Of a stretch of DNA of 64,000 bases, positions 10,201 to 19,202 are shown piece after piece. Position 1 is the first letter of the stretch. Every line of letters begins with the position of its first letter. The position numbers and the translations under genes were made by a program. A model generated the notes under the pieces. The model had not been told where the DNA came from, ran no database searches, and worked only from the letters and a program-made list of their open reading frames with translations. Source of the DNA: a virus (Duplodnaviria > Caudoviricetes); the IMG/VR virus record IMGVR_UViG_3300025137_005045; one strand, given 5' to 3'.

Positions 10201-10915
10201 TTCAACAGTAGCGTTTACCTTAAGTGAAGCACAAACTACTGCTTCATGTATTGTAAGTATTAACGGTGTGGTTCAATTACCAACTGATGCTTATGCAGTG
10301 TCAGGTACTACACTGACATTTACAGAAGCTCCAGCAACAGGTGACAAAGTTGAAGTACGTAAAATTACTACTACAACTACTATTACCAACTTATCATCAT
10401 CAGGTGGAGAAGCTACTGTTACAACTCAAACTTCAGAAGAAGTTGATATTAAAGGTAACTTGATGCCAACAGTAAATAACACTTACTCAATTGGTAATGC
10501 ATCAGTAGGTTGGACAACTGTTCACGCAGAAGCTACATCAGCAAAATACGCTGACTTGGCAGAGAAATATGAAGCTGACGCTGATTATACTCCAGGAACT
10601 GTTGTACACTTTGGTGGTGAGAAAGAAGTTACTGAATGTGATCAAGATCATTGTACACGAGTAGCAGGAGTTGTTTCAACAGCACCAGGTTACAGAATGA
10701 ATGATGGTTTAGAAGCTGAGCATACAGCAATGGTAGCATTAACTGGTAGAGTACCTTGTAAGGTTACTGGTCCAGTTGCCAAAGGCGATATGATGGTATC
10801 AGCAGGAAACGGTATGGCTAGAGCAGAAGCTAACCCAACATACGGTGCAGTAATTGGTAAAGCACTTGAAGTGTGGGAAGGTGGAGAAGGCGTTATTGAA
10901 GTAGTAATTAAATAA
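7298..10915 (+). CDS. Long tail fibre-like protein with C-terminal chaperone/autocleavage-like domain
   Basis: 1205 aa, repeated TGGNLITGAQVVATGN units, DAATKAYVD, C-terminal SAKYADLAEKY...VALTGRVPCKV...IGKALE. Confidence 0.75.
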   Translation: MAVTRIKNNQVTDATLTGAKLVNNTVTAGKLANNLTYASNLTVSGNLTVNGATNTISTVNTTIEDAVIVLNSEVTGSSGARDMGLYGERGDDTSVFMGYDESADIFVMATTDSAGTATAINITDYVGLKAGPITTDDTIVATANITGGNLITGAQVVATGNVTGANLNTAGKITDGALVSNNGTITGAVAITASGAIQGATLTDGAFSVNSGAVTGATTLSTSGLATLATAIVSDLTADQICVPTTDGRLASTNKLTFDETTLGVTGAATISTTLGVTGLSTLATATVSDLTADQICVPTTGGRLASTNKLTFDETTLGVTGAITASTTIAATANITGGNLITGAQVVATGNITGANLNTAAKVVSGSLETGDVTIASSKTLAFGANKLTGVADPANAQDAATKAYVDGLLSSGFTVSDGSNTQTIANGNTLTVSGTANEITAVVSATDTLTLSLPDDVTIGDTLTVAGNLIVQGTTTTVNSSVTQVADPIFQLGRGASGAALESDDAKDRGISMFYYEGSEKTAFMGFDTTANTFKYFSDATISSEVVSGTMGTAEFGSVVVDNLTLDANTITSTNTNGNLELAANGSGKVNLATGNELVIADLADGKIIFSSSGQLSTNSNLGFDGSTLAVTGAITASTTIAATANITGGNLITGAQVVATGNVTGANLNTAGKVVAGTVMDSATIHTSGLATLHSATVEDLTADQLLVPTTGGRLASTDKLTFDETTLAVTGAATISTTLGVTGLSTLATATVSDLTDNQVVVASTSGRLANTNKLTFDESTLGVTGAITASTTMTATGNIGGGNIAGTRGVFTNIAGALETAAQPNVTSLGTLSALTVDNVVVNGNDITVSSGELTFNDASADFNIRFEGNGDANLLFLDAGTDSVNIGTATAITDVKLNIGATTSFMPPKGTSAQRPSSAVVGMLRFNTTTDSIEQYSSADGWESVGAVSFTVIASQTFDGDASTVAFTLSEAQTTASCIVSINGVVQLPTDAYAVSGTTLTFTEAPATGDKVEVRKITTTTTITNLSSSGGEATVTTQTSEEVDIKGNLMPTVNNTYSIGNASVGWTTVHAEATSAKYADLAEKYEADADYTPGTVVHFGGEKEVTECDQDHCTRVAGVVSTAPGYRMNDGLEAEHTAMVALTGRVPCKVTGPVAKGDMMVSAGNGMARAEANPTYGAVIGKALEVWEGGEGVIEVVIK
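7718..9670 (+). repeat. Intragenic module repeats in tail fibre
   Basis: Unit A (about 90 bp) near 7718, 8291, 9230; unit B (about 135 bp) near 7963, 8129, 9368, 9533, the first two B copies nearly identical in DNA. Confidence 0.85.
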
Positions 10916-10940
10916 CAGCAAGCTCACAAGCAATAAACTA

Positions 10941-10969
10941 AAAAGCACTCGGAAACGGGTGCTTTTTTT
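10941..10969 (+). terminator. Intrinsic terminator
   Basis: AAAAGCACTCG-GAAA-CGGGTGCTTTT plus T-run. Confidence 0.85.
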
Positions 10970-10975
10970 ATCTGA

Positions 10976-10991
10976 TAAATAGTGATAAATA
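10976..10991 (+). promoter_or_regulatory. Tandem late promoter cores (GATAAATAGT x2)
   Basis: TAAATA at 10976-10981 and 10986-10991 just after the terminator. Confidence 0.65.
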
Positions 10992-11011
10992 GTTGTGGAG
11001 AACAAAAAATC

Positions 11012-11482
11012 ATGGCCAAACAAACAATTAATATCGGTGTTGCAGTAAACGACGGAACAGGAGATGCGTTACGCACATCATTTGATAAAACAAACGATAA
11101 TTTTGACGAGATATATCTCGCAGGACCAGTCGGCACTAACATAAAAGTAACAGCAAACACATTGGTCAGCACTGATACCAACGGAAATATAACAATAGAT
11201 CCCGATGGTACTGGTATTGTCACAATTAACAGTGATCTAATTATAGCAGGTACGGTCAGGGGCGATTCGAGCTCAATAATCCAGTTTGAGTCTGAGGTTG
11301 GCATTGAAAATCTAGGTGCAGGTGGAAATGAAGCTATCGTACTGGCAGATCCGATCCGCCTTCGACACTTAACATCAGCGGAAAGAGATGCACTGTCTCC
11401 CACTAATGGTTATTTAATATACAACTCCTCAACAAACAAAGTACAAGCACGTGCCGGCGGTGCATGGGTAGATCTACATTAA
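11012..11482 (+). CDS. Baseplate wedge/fibre protein with gp9/gp10-like N-terminus
   Basis: MAKQTINIG..NDGTGD.LR..F.K.N.NF.E.Y; start moved to ATG 11012 after SD GGAG. Confidence 0.65.
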   Translation: MAKQTINIGVAVNDGTGDALRTSFDKTNDNFDEIYLAGPVGTNIKVTANTLVSTDTNGNITIDPDGTGIVTINSDLIIAGTVRGDSSSIIQFESEVGIENLGAGGNEAIVLADPIRLRHLTSAERDALSPTNGYLIYNSSTNKVQARAGGAWVDLH

Positions 11483-11492
11483 GGAATATTAA

Positions 11493-13340
11493 ATGGCACT
11501 AACTAGGCCTAGAGCTCATCAATTAAGCGATTCCGACTATAAACAAAGTGTTAGAGTAGCACAATCATCAAATGTAACCCTATCTGGCGGAGCTCCAGCT
11601 ACAGTTGACGGTATTAGTGTAAGTGCTAAAGATCGTGTTTTAGTATTAGCACAAACAGATGCCTCACAAAACGGTATCTATTATGTATCAGTAGTAGGAA
11701 GTGGGTCAAACGGTACCTGGGTAAGAGCAACTGATGCAGATGACCAAGGTGATATGACATCAGGATTAACTGTTAAAGTCACAGCAGGAACAGTACACGA
11801 CGACACCACTTATAAATTAACTACAGATGATCCTATAACACTAGGATCAACAGATTTAGTATTTGCACTTGCTAGTGCATTTGCATTTGGACAAGTCAAT
11901 GCTGGAGGAACAACATTAACAGCAGATCAGGTCAATGATCTATTAACGCTAACTGCTGGAACTAATGTTGTTGTAACCGGAAATGCCGGAACAGACACAG
12001 CCACAATTGCACTTAGTACAGCTCCAACATTTACAGGTAATGTAACTGGTGGTAACTTAATTACAACGGCATTAACATCAACACAACACTTAACAGTATT
12101 AGCCAGCGGTACTGTAGAATTTAACGATAATAGATTACGTAACGTTGCAGATCCAACTTCAACTCAAGATGCGGCCACTAAAGCATATGTTGACAGTGCA
12201 TTAAGCTCAGTAGTTACTATATCTGATGGATCCAATACACAAGTACTAGCAGACGGAGACACACTAACTTTCGCCGGTACATCAAACGAAGTTGACGTTG
12301 CTGTTTCAGCAACAGATACCGTGACCATTGGTCTTCCTAACGCTATTACTATAAGTGGTAACGTAACTGGTGGTAACTTGATCACTGGTGCCCAAGTGGT
12401 AGCAACAGCTAATATTACAGGTGGTAACTTGATCACTGGTGCACAAGTGGTAGCAACAGGTAACGTAACTGGTGGTAATATAGTCACAGCGGCCAAAGCT
12501 GTTTCGGGTACTATAGAAACAGGTGCAATCAGTATCACTAATACATCATTAGACGATAGTATATTAATTACAACAACAGAAGCTTCAGCAACCGCAGGTC
12601 CTGTTTTAACTCTAAAACGTAATAGTTCGTCGGTGGCTGACGGAGACTATCTAGGACAAATAAAATTTAAAGGCGAAAATGATGCTGATGAGGAAATTGT
12701 ATATTCTAAAATTACAGGTAAAATTTTGGACGCATCAGACGGTACTGAAGACGGAATATTAGAGTTTGCATTTAAAAAAGGTGGTAGCAATAATATTTCA
12801 GCAAGATTTAGATCTGATTCTTTACAGTTAATAAATGGTACTACTCTAACGGTTAATGGTTTAATTAGCACTGCTTCAACAATAACAGCGACATCAGATA
12901 TTGAAACAACTGGCGGAGATGTTAATATTAAAGCCAGAGGAGAAACTAGATTTTATGACTCAGACAGTTCAAACTATGTGGCATTAAGAGCAGGATCTAC
13001 AGTAGCCAGCGATATAATATTTACGTTACCAACAGCAGATGGTACTTCAGGACAGGTGATACAAACAGACGGAGCCAAAAATCTATCATTTGTGACAGCT
13101 AGCGGAGGAGGGGGAGGATCATCAGGATTCTCTCAATCAACAATTACAACTCATCCAGCCGCTAGTGGCAATAAAAGTTTAGGTACTGGTGGAGATAATT
13201 CAACAGAAGAAACACCTTTTGAAGCTGGCGGGGCGGATGCGTTTGGAGTTAGTTTAGGAATAGTATACGACCAAATGGAGCCAACTGGATCAACAGTTAG
13301 TATAGATTTAGGTGATTCTGAATCACATGTTGGTGCTTAA
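11493..13340 (+). CDS. Tail fibre-like protein
   Basis: SVRVA..NVTLSG..VDG..DRVLV..Q..NGIY head module; shares TGGNLITGAQVVAT and DAATKAYVD modules with 7298 gene. Confidence 0.7.
   Translation: MALTRPRAHQLSDSDYKQSVRVAQSSNVTLSGGAPATVDGISVSAKDRVLVLAQTDASQNGIYYVSVVGSGSNGTWVRATDADDQGDMTSGLTVKVTAGTVHDDTTYKLTTDDPITLGSTDLVFALASAFAFGQVNAGGTTLTADQVNDLLTLTAGTNVVVTGNAGTDTATIALSTAPTFTGNVTGGNLITTALTSTQHLTVLASGTVEFNDNRLRNVADPTSTQDAATKAYVDSALSSVVTISDGSNTQVLADGDTLTFAGTSNEVDVAVSATDTVTIGLPNAITISGNVTGGNLITGAQVVATANITGGNLITGAQVVATGNVTGGNIVTAAKAVSGTIETGAISITNTSLDDSILITTTEASATAGPVLTLKRNSSSVADGDYLGQIKFKGENDADEEIVYSKITGKILDASDGTEDGILEFAFKKGGSNNISARFRSDSLQLINGTTLTVNGLISTASTITATSDIETTGGDVNIKARGETRFYDSDSSNYVALRAGSTVASDIIFTLPTADGTSGQVIQTDGAKNLSFVTASGGGGGSSGFSQSTITTHPAASGNKSLGTGGDNSTEETPFEAGGADAFGVSLGIVYDQMEPTGSTVSIDLGDSESHVGA
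12359..12480 (+). repeat. Copies of fibre unit A in a second gene
   Basis: GGTAACTTGATCACTGGTGC.CAAGT.GTAGCAACAG tandem, near-identical to 7718-7810. Confidence 0.8.
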
Positions 13341-13381
13341 TTGCAATAAATAACAATAGATTAACAAGGAAACAATAGAAA

Positions 13382-14014
13382 ATGCCTACCGTATTACAAT
13401 TTAGAAGAGGAACAACTACCCAGAACAATGCGTTCACGGGATCACTTGGTGAAGTTTCGATAGATACAGACAAAGACACGGTGGTTGTTCATGACGGCTC
13501 TACAGCAGGTGGTCATCCGCTATTAGGATACAAAGTACATGCTGATGTACTGAACGGTCGTTCAGACGGTGTTGGTAATGTTGGTAACGCAGATGTTGGA
13601 TTTAATACATTACATGCCAAAGCAACTTCAGCACAGTATGCGGATTTGGCGGAAAAATATAGTACCGACGCAATGTACGACCCAGGAACTGTGGTTGTAA
13701 TTGGTGGCGATGCTGAAGTAACTGCGTGTACATCAGTGGCTGATCATAAAGTATTAGGTATAATATCAACAGCACCAGCATATAAAATGAATCAAAATAC
13801 TCAAGGTCAAGACATTGCTCTTACAGGCAGAGTTCCTTGTAAGGTTACTGGTCCAATAGCCCGTGGCGATCTACTAGTAACATCTGATATTACAGGTCAT
13901 GCACGAGCATGGAATCCACAAAACTTTATTCCAGGTTCAGTTGTTGGCAAAGCACTAGAAGATAAAGCAGATAATAGTGCAGGTATCATTGAAGTAGCTG
14001 TAGGCAAAGTTTAA
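13382..14014 (+). CDS. Short fibre protein: Mtd-N-like head plus C-terminal chaperone-like domain
   Basis: LQFRRGTT..N..FTG..GE..ID.DK..VHDG.T.GG; C-terminus paralogous to 7298 gene; late core 13347-13352. Confidence 0.65.
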   Translation: MPTVLQFRRGTTTQNNAFTGSLGEVSIDTDKDTVVVHDGSTAGGHPLLGYKVHADVLNGRSDGVGNVGNADVGFNTLHAKATSAQYADLAEKYSTDAMYDPGTVVVIGGDAEVTACTSVADHKVLGIISTAPAYKMNQNTQGQDIALTGRVPCKVTGPIARGDLLVTSDITGHARAWNPQNFIPGSVVGKALEDKADNSAGIIEVAVGKV

Positions 14015-14015
14015 C

Positions 14016-14690
14016 ATGGAAGAACGTTATCGCTCAGACTATGAGGGCGAGTTTATTGTAACGAACTCAGTTATCCGCGGCGGCAAAAAAATTCAAGACA
14101 AAGAGTGGATTGAAAATCCTATTCAAAATCAACATATCTCCGGACGTGCAGTTTGCATAGCAGACGGAGAGTCAAGATCACATTTTCTTATAAAAAATTT
14201 AGAAGATCATAAAGGCGGGCTGTTAGGTAAGTTACGACTACAGACCTATGGTACAGGACGAGTTGCAGATGAAATTGTGTGTAATTTCTATGTATCTCGT
14301 AATACAACAATGTTAGAAAAATGTATAGAAAAAGAATACACAGTTCAAACTGTTTGTTATACTTCTACTACTAATTGTTTAAAATATCCTGGAGAGTTTT
14401 ATCTAGTACCGTACAAGTTGTTAGGTAGTGATCTACTAACAGCGGCATACATTGCATGTTTTGATGGTCACAAAGAAATATTTCTTTTAGGTTATGATTG
14501 TCTCGACGATAGAACTACCACTGATGAACTAACTGATCTTATGAATACATACAAAGGTACAAAATTTATCAGAGTTAGTAAAGGAGTAAAAATAACTCAA
14601 ACAGATATTCAAACTCCGGAAGAATGGAAATGGTGTACAAACTTTAGTGAAATGACCTATGCTGAATGGATTAGTTACTGCGACGTATAA
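14016..14690 (+). CDS. Second DUF115/Maf-like protein
   Basis: AVCIADGESR, TYGTG, IFLLGYD; similar layout to 397..966. Confidence 0.45.
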   Translation: MEERYRSDYEGEFIVTNSVIRGGKKIQDKEWIENPIQNQHISGRAVCIADGESRSHFLIKNLEDHKGGLLGKLRLQTYGTGRVADEIVCNFYVSRNTTMLEKCIEKEYTVQTVCYTSTTNCLKYPGEFYLVPYKLLGSDLLTAAYIACFDGHKEIFLLGYDCLDDRTTTDELTDLMNTYKGTKFIRVSKGVKITQTDIQTPEEWKWCTNFSEMTYAEWISYCDV

Positions 14691-15115
14691 AGTGCTTGCT
14701 CTACTGTTTCAACTTTCTGTTTTACCTCATCAATATTAATTGTAGACCACAAGCCTGGGTGTAACGGTTTAGGTATAATATTCTTATCGATCCAAGTATA
14801 TCCTAAATGTTCTATATTCAAATTGGGTGCAAACTCATCTGCAACCACTCCAAAAAAGGTATGATATATAAAACGATTGTCTGGTGATGTAAATTGTTCT
14901 ATAGGAATAATTTTTTCTGTTTTAGGAAACTGGCCAAGTTCTTCAACACATTCTCTTGTTAACGCATCTAATAGATTTTCGTTACCTTCAACTTTCCCAC
15001 CAGGTAATCCCCAAGTGCCTGGATGCTTGCTGTCGTTTCTCAATAGATAAAGATAGCGTTTAGTGGACTTAGCATAGAACCAAATACCGATTGCGTTTAG
15101 AGGACCAGACTCCAT
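14675..15115 (-). CDS. Nudix hydrolase
   Basis: Nudix box GGKVEGNENLLDALTRECVEELG (GX5EX7REUXEEXG). Confidence 0.85.
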   Translation of the reverse strand: MESGPLNAIGIWFYAKSTKRYLYLLRNDSKHPGTWGLPGGKVEGNENLLDALTRECVEELGQFPKTEKIIPIEQFTSPDNRFIYHTFFGVVADEFAPNLNIEHLGYTWIDKNIIPKPLHPGLWSTINIDEVKQKVETVEQALYTSQ

Positions 15116-16494
15116 TCGCCTCCCTTGTATAATCCTTGATAACTCTTAACCCACATTACTCCAGTCCACTTATATTGTATACTAGTGGTAGTATTGGTTA
15201 TAAAGTCTGTGATATCTGATGAATAATCCGGAGTGCGTTCACTGGCATTGAATGCTACAAACCATTTAGCTCCATCATACTGTATAATATCGTTTGCAGA
15301 TGCAATTACACTTCCCCATGCCGATGCAGGAGTAGTGTTGGAACTATCACCTATGGCTTCTGTTAACAAGTAACGCTGTCCAGTTGCGGCCGCAATTAAT
15401 CCGCTACCTGGACCACTGGTAGTAGGGTCAATGACAGCAGTTAATGGATCTAATGTATTTTGTGGAATAGTATCGCTATCTATAGAAAATAATAATAATC
15501 TATCATCTGTTGGATGCACTGCAACAGTACCTACAATTTCAGTAGCAACAAAATCAGATGTTAATCTAATTTGTGTGATTCCAGCTCTTAATACTCCGTA
15601 GTTGTCGATAAGTGCTGACCACAATACATTATCATCTTGTGTAGTGGATGCGTTTAAGGTTCCTTCAGCAGAATCAACACGTTCACTTCTTAATAGCTGT
15701 AGTTGATTACCTATTAGTACAACTTGATATCCAAATGGTGTAATCTTTTGTCTAGTACCTAACAATAAATCATCATTGACTAATGCTTCATTAGCATCAC
15801 CGTTTGCATCAAAAATACTTGATACTATCTTGTGTACAACTCCAAGTTTTTTAACTTTAGCTGGAGGACTTATCCATAATGGTAATTCAAATGTTAATGT
15901 AGCAATATCAATGTTATCATCAGTACCTACAGGAATTGATCTTGATGACCAATTAACATCTCCTAGTTCAACAACTGTTAAACTAGTCCAATCAATATAA
16001 TTATCTGTTGATTGTATTTCCATACTCGGATTAAACAATGCTAATAATTGTTCTAGTAGCTGTAACTTCATTGTGGTATTTGAGGTCCAGCAATCTAACT
16101 GTATACTCATATTATATGGAACTGGCATCATTCTTTCTACAGTAAATGCGTTACCCTGTGTTTTTTCAAATGATTGTGTGTTTTGGTCAAATTCTCTTTG
16201 TTTAAATGATTTTTTATCAACAAAATACGGTTCCTGAACACGTTCTCTTGCATATTTTAAATCTGTCACATGAAAGGTCATCATTGGAACATTAGGTAGT
16301 TTGTTTCTAGAATTATCTGCTATTATAGTTGCCGCCTGTCTACTAGCATCACCATATCTAATAGGTACTCTGGTTAATGTAGGAGCTCCGGTATCATCTC
16401 TCCCGTATTCAACTTGAAAGTTCGAAAACATTCGTGTAAATTGTAATAAGAAACGTCTTATCTGATCATCATAAAAAAATTGTTGTAATGCCAT
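15097..16494 (-). CDS. gp15: Tail terminator/sheath stabiliser (T4 gp15-like) with C-terminal extension
   Basis: FFYD.QIRRF..QF..F, VPI.YG, P.M.F, MPVPYN..QLD.W..N...QLLEQ...FNP. Confidence 0.75.
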   Translation of the reverse strand: MALQQFFYDDQIRRFLLQFTRMFSNFQVEYGRDDTGAPTLTRVPIRYGDASRQAATIIADNSRNKLPNVPMMTFHVTDLKYARERVQEPYFVDKKSFKQREFDQNTQSFEKTQGNAFTVERMMPVPYNMSIQLDCWTSNTTMKLQLLEQLLALFNPSMEIQSTDNYIDWTSLTVVELGDVNWSSRSIPVGTDDNIDIATLTFELPLWISPPAKVKKLGVVHKIVSSIFDANGDANEALVNDDLLLGTRQKITPFGYQVVLIGNQLQLLRSERVDSAEGTLNASTTQDDNVLWSALIDNYGVLRAGITQIRLTSDFVATEIVGTVAVHPTDDRLLLFSIDSDTIPQNTLDPLTAVIDPTTSGPGSGLIAAATGQRYLLTEAIGDSSNTTPASAWGSVIASANDIIQYDGAKWFVAFNASERTPDYSSDITDFITNTTTSIQYKWTGVMWVKSYQGLYKGGEWSLVL

Positions 16495-17660
16495 TAGTTA
16501 TCCTTGGTAGGTTTAAGTACATCACTGAGACTTTGCCTACTTGGTATGTTGCCACGATCACTAGTTCCAATAACAGAATCATTATTGAAGAATGAACTTT
16601 GTTGTGAGGTATTCTGTGATCCTGGTGTTAATTCAGTTCTTACATTATCTTCTACTTTCACCCATCTTGCTCCATCATATCTAAATAATCTATTTGGAAA
16701 GAAATCTAATCGTAATGCGTATGCTCCGGTAGCCGGATTAGCTGGAAAGCTAACTCCTGGAGTTACGGGTAAGCCGTTTGGTGGAACATTGTTACCTGTC
16801 ATATATCCGACCAAGTACCCATCAACTTTAGGAGTAACTCCAGGTACACTTACACCATTGGCAGTAACATCTTTCGGATTTGCTGGCTGTCCAGCCACTG
16901 TGGCAGTAACATAAAATGCTGTATTGTCATAACCACTCTTAGGAACTTCAACCTCTGCCTGTTGAACAATAGCATCGTTAATTGCTAAATTTTTATCTTT
17001 GGTTGATAAAAAGTCTTCCAGTGTTCCTGCGGACGGATTGTCTGCATCCATTGGCTTGTTAAGTATATCATCATATTCTTGGCTAGCAGTTAACGGAGTT
17101 GCTTTAACACGCCACACATGTGGCATCCATGTTTGTGAGAATCCCTCTGATGCAAAACTTGCATCTTGTATCACATAGTATTTAGGTAGTGCTTTGGGTC
17201 CACTTGTATCAAGAGGATGATAATCTGTTAAATTAGGTACTTCGATAACATCACCATTCATTAGTTTACGACCAAACTGATCAATCATATCGTTGTAATG
17301 GAAAGTTATGAACAATGTATCACCATTGAGGAATAAACCAAATTGACTTAAATCAAAATCAATATCTTGTACATTGTATACACCTCTAAGAGTGTAGATA
17401 GAATCATCGTAGTCACGATCTCTGTTTTCTAAGAATAATAAATCTTCAATAAAGAGAGGATTAGTTTCATCATAGGTAGGTTGAGTAGTGTCACCTCCTT
17501 CGTGACCTTCTCTGACAGAACTGTCACCTACGGTCTTAGGACCTAAATATTTGTGAATAAAGATATCTATTCCACCAACGGTATACATTTCACGTACAGT
17601 TTTATCTAGAAACTTATAGTCGTTGGTTTTGGTCGGTCTGTAATTACTAAGTCTTGGCAT
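16494..17660 (-). CDS. gp14: Neck/head-closure protein (T4 gp14-like)
   Basis: G.D..IHKY.GP, LS.FGLF..DTLFITFH, GD.I..P; adjacent to gp15. Confidence 0.65.
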   Translation of the reverse strand: MPRLSNYRPTKTNDYKFLDKTVREMYTVGGIDIFIHKYLGPKTVGDSSVREGHEGGDTTQPTYDETNPLFIEDLLFLENRDRDYDDSIYTLRGVYNVQDIDFDLSQFGLFLNGDTLFITFHYNDMIDQFGRKLMNGDVIEVPNLTDYHPLDTSGPKALPKYYVIQDASFASEGFSQTWMPHVWRVKATPLTASQEYDDILNKPMDADNPSAGTLEDFLSTKDKNLAINDAIVQQAEVEVPKSGYDNTAFYVTATVAGQPANPKDVTANGVSVPGVTPKVDGYLVGYMTGNNVPPNGLPVTPGVSFPANPATGAYALRLDFFPNRLFRYDGARWVKVEDNVRTELTPGSQNTSQQSSFFNNDSVIGTSDRGNIPSRQSLSDVLKPTKDN

Positions 17661-17681
17661 TTGCTATTCCTATTATCCTAG

Positions 17682-17687
17682 TATTTA
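17682..17687 (-). promoter_or_regulatory. Late promoter core for gp14-gp15-Nudix operon
   Basis: Minus strand TTCGATAAATACT, 21 nt before ATG with SD AGGA. Confidence 0.65.
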
Positions 17688-17700
17688 TCGAACCTTTTGG

Positions 17701-17761
17701 TTGACCTAAAAATAGGAAAGTGATATAATAGCTTGACTAGTTAAAATAAAGACAGTAAAGT
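17701..17761 (+). promoter_or_regulatory. Tandem sigma70-type promoters
   Basis: GG-TTGACC-17-TATAAT (17701-17729) and TTGACT-17-TAAAGT (17733-17761). Confidence 0.7.
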
Positions 17762-17768
17762 TCACTAA

Positions 17769-18032
17769 ATGTTAAAAATAGATACTTCGGAAGATTGGCC
17801 AAAGATAGAGCTAGAATTATCAGAATCCACCAAAAATCTATCATTAACCATACAAAAAGACCTAGAAAAGATAAACAAAAATATCTGTAGTTTAATTTCT
17901 GAGTTAAGTAAAGCAGAAATTGAATGTAGAAGGCGACATAAGCCAACAGAGAAATTTATAGAATTACAGGAAAAGTGTAACGCAATGATTACAGATTATC
18001 AAAAAATGATTATGATGGGACAATTACTTTGA
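17769..18032 (+). CDS. Hypothetical coiled-coil protein
   Basis: 87 aa ORF after sigma70 promoters, TTGA overlap with next gene. Confidence 0.6.
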   Translation: MLKIDTSEDWPKIELELSESTKNLSLTIQKDLEKINKNICSLISELSKAEIECRRRHKPTEKFIELQEKCNAMITDYQKMIMMGQLL

Positions 18033-19165
18033 CATTTAAACCAATTAAAGTAGCAATAGAAGATCGCAAGGCTAAAGGTGAGGAACCAGTGTTTTCTAAA
18101 CAACCTGCTCCTGAAGAAAGAAATATGGCATTGGCGAGGGCGTACAACTGGTACGGATATATTTGTGATAAAAAACAAGCCAAGAAGTGGGTGGCACAAT
18201 GGCTTATTAATAATGAACATAAAACAATGTCTAAAGAGCTTATGGCAATAAAAGATAGTTGGACTCCTGTCACAGCAGGTTGGTTAGTTAGAATGCAGGA
18301 AACTGGATTAGAGTTAACAGCCAGCGAAATAGAGTATATACATACTTCTGCAAGAGATGCAATAGAATCCAATGCAAAAACATTGATTAAAGATGATGAG
18401 AATGGTGAAGACAAGCCAAAAGCAAATAGGCCTAACATACAAGAAATTATGATAGAAAGAGCACACTTGGCCGGAGGTGATATTGATGGATTGTGGGACG
18501 AATATATAAGTGGCGATATTAAAGCCGGCAGTAAACCTAAAATACAACAGTTTTTAGCTGAAAGAAATATACTTGCCCAACATGTTAGCATCATCAAAGT
18601 TTATTGGGAAAAACAGAAAAAAGAGTTAGAGGACGCTGTAGCAGGTGTAGACGCTGATTTAAGCGAAGGTTATAGTTGCTATACTAAGACCCAGCAAAAG
18701 AACATGATCAACTACTGTGCGTCGATTATAGCAGAACTAGACGCATATCACCAGAGTAAGAAAGCCAAGGTAGGTACTAGACGTAGGAAACCAGTACCAC
18801 CAGAGAAGCAAGTAAGAAAATTAAAACTAATGAGAAAGTACGAAGAATTTAAACTAGAAACTGTAGAACCTACTCGTATACTCAAAGCAAGTGAGATGTA
18901 TGTTTACAATACCAAAAATCGTAAATTACAATACTATATTGCTGATGACTATGCTAAAACATTTACAGTTAAAGGCACAAGTATATTAGGATTTGATACT
19001 AATAAAAGTTTACAAAAAACTTTACGTAAACCTCAAGAGTTTCTTAAAGAAATTAGAATGGCTGGTAAACCCGATAGCCGTAAACTATTTGACACTCTTA
19101 AAACAACTCCAACAGCCGTCAATGGTCGGTTCAACGAAAATCTAATTATCATTAAAGCTACCTAA
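18029..19165 (+). CDS. Hypothetical phage protein (378 aa)
   Basis: Long ORF, TTG start overlapping the upstream stop; no family recognised. Confidence 0.75.
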   Translation: MTFKPIKVAIEDRKAKGEEPVFSKQPAPEERNMALARAYNWYGYICDKKQAKKWVAQWLINNEHKTMSKELMAIKDSWTPVTAGWLVRMQETGLELTASEIEYIHTSARDAIESNAKTLIKDDENGEDKPKANRPNIQEIMIERAHLAGGDIDGLWDEYISGDIKAGSKPKIQQFLAERNILAQHVSIIKVYWEKQKKELEDAVAGVDADLSEGYSCYTKTQQKNMINYCASIIAELDAYHQSKKAKVGTRRRKPVPPEKQVRKLKLMRKYEEFKLETVEPTRILKASEMYVYNTKNRKLQYYIADDYAKTFTVKGTSILGFDTNKSLQKTLRKPQEFLKEIRMAGKPDSRKLFDTLKTTPTAVNGRFNENLIIIKAT

Positions 19166-19202
19166 CTATCATTCTCGATAAATAGTTGTAACGGAGAATA
19201 CA

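Noticed and set aside
7718-12480. Fibre repeats as DGR template/variable pair
   Set aside because: No reverse transcriptase in the window, repeats are internal rather than C-terminal, and differences look mostly synonymous or conservative rather than adenine-specific
14675-17660. Minus-strand neck block as an invertible cassette
   Set aside because: No flanking inverted repeats or invertase found; the block has its own late promoter
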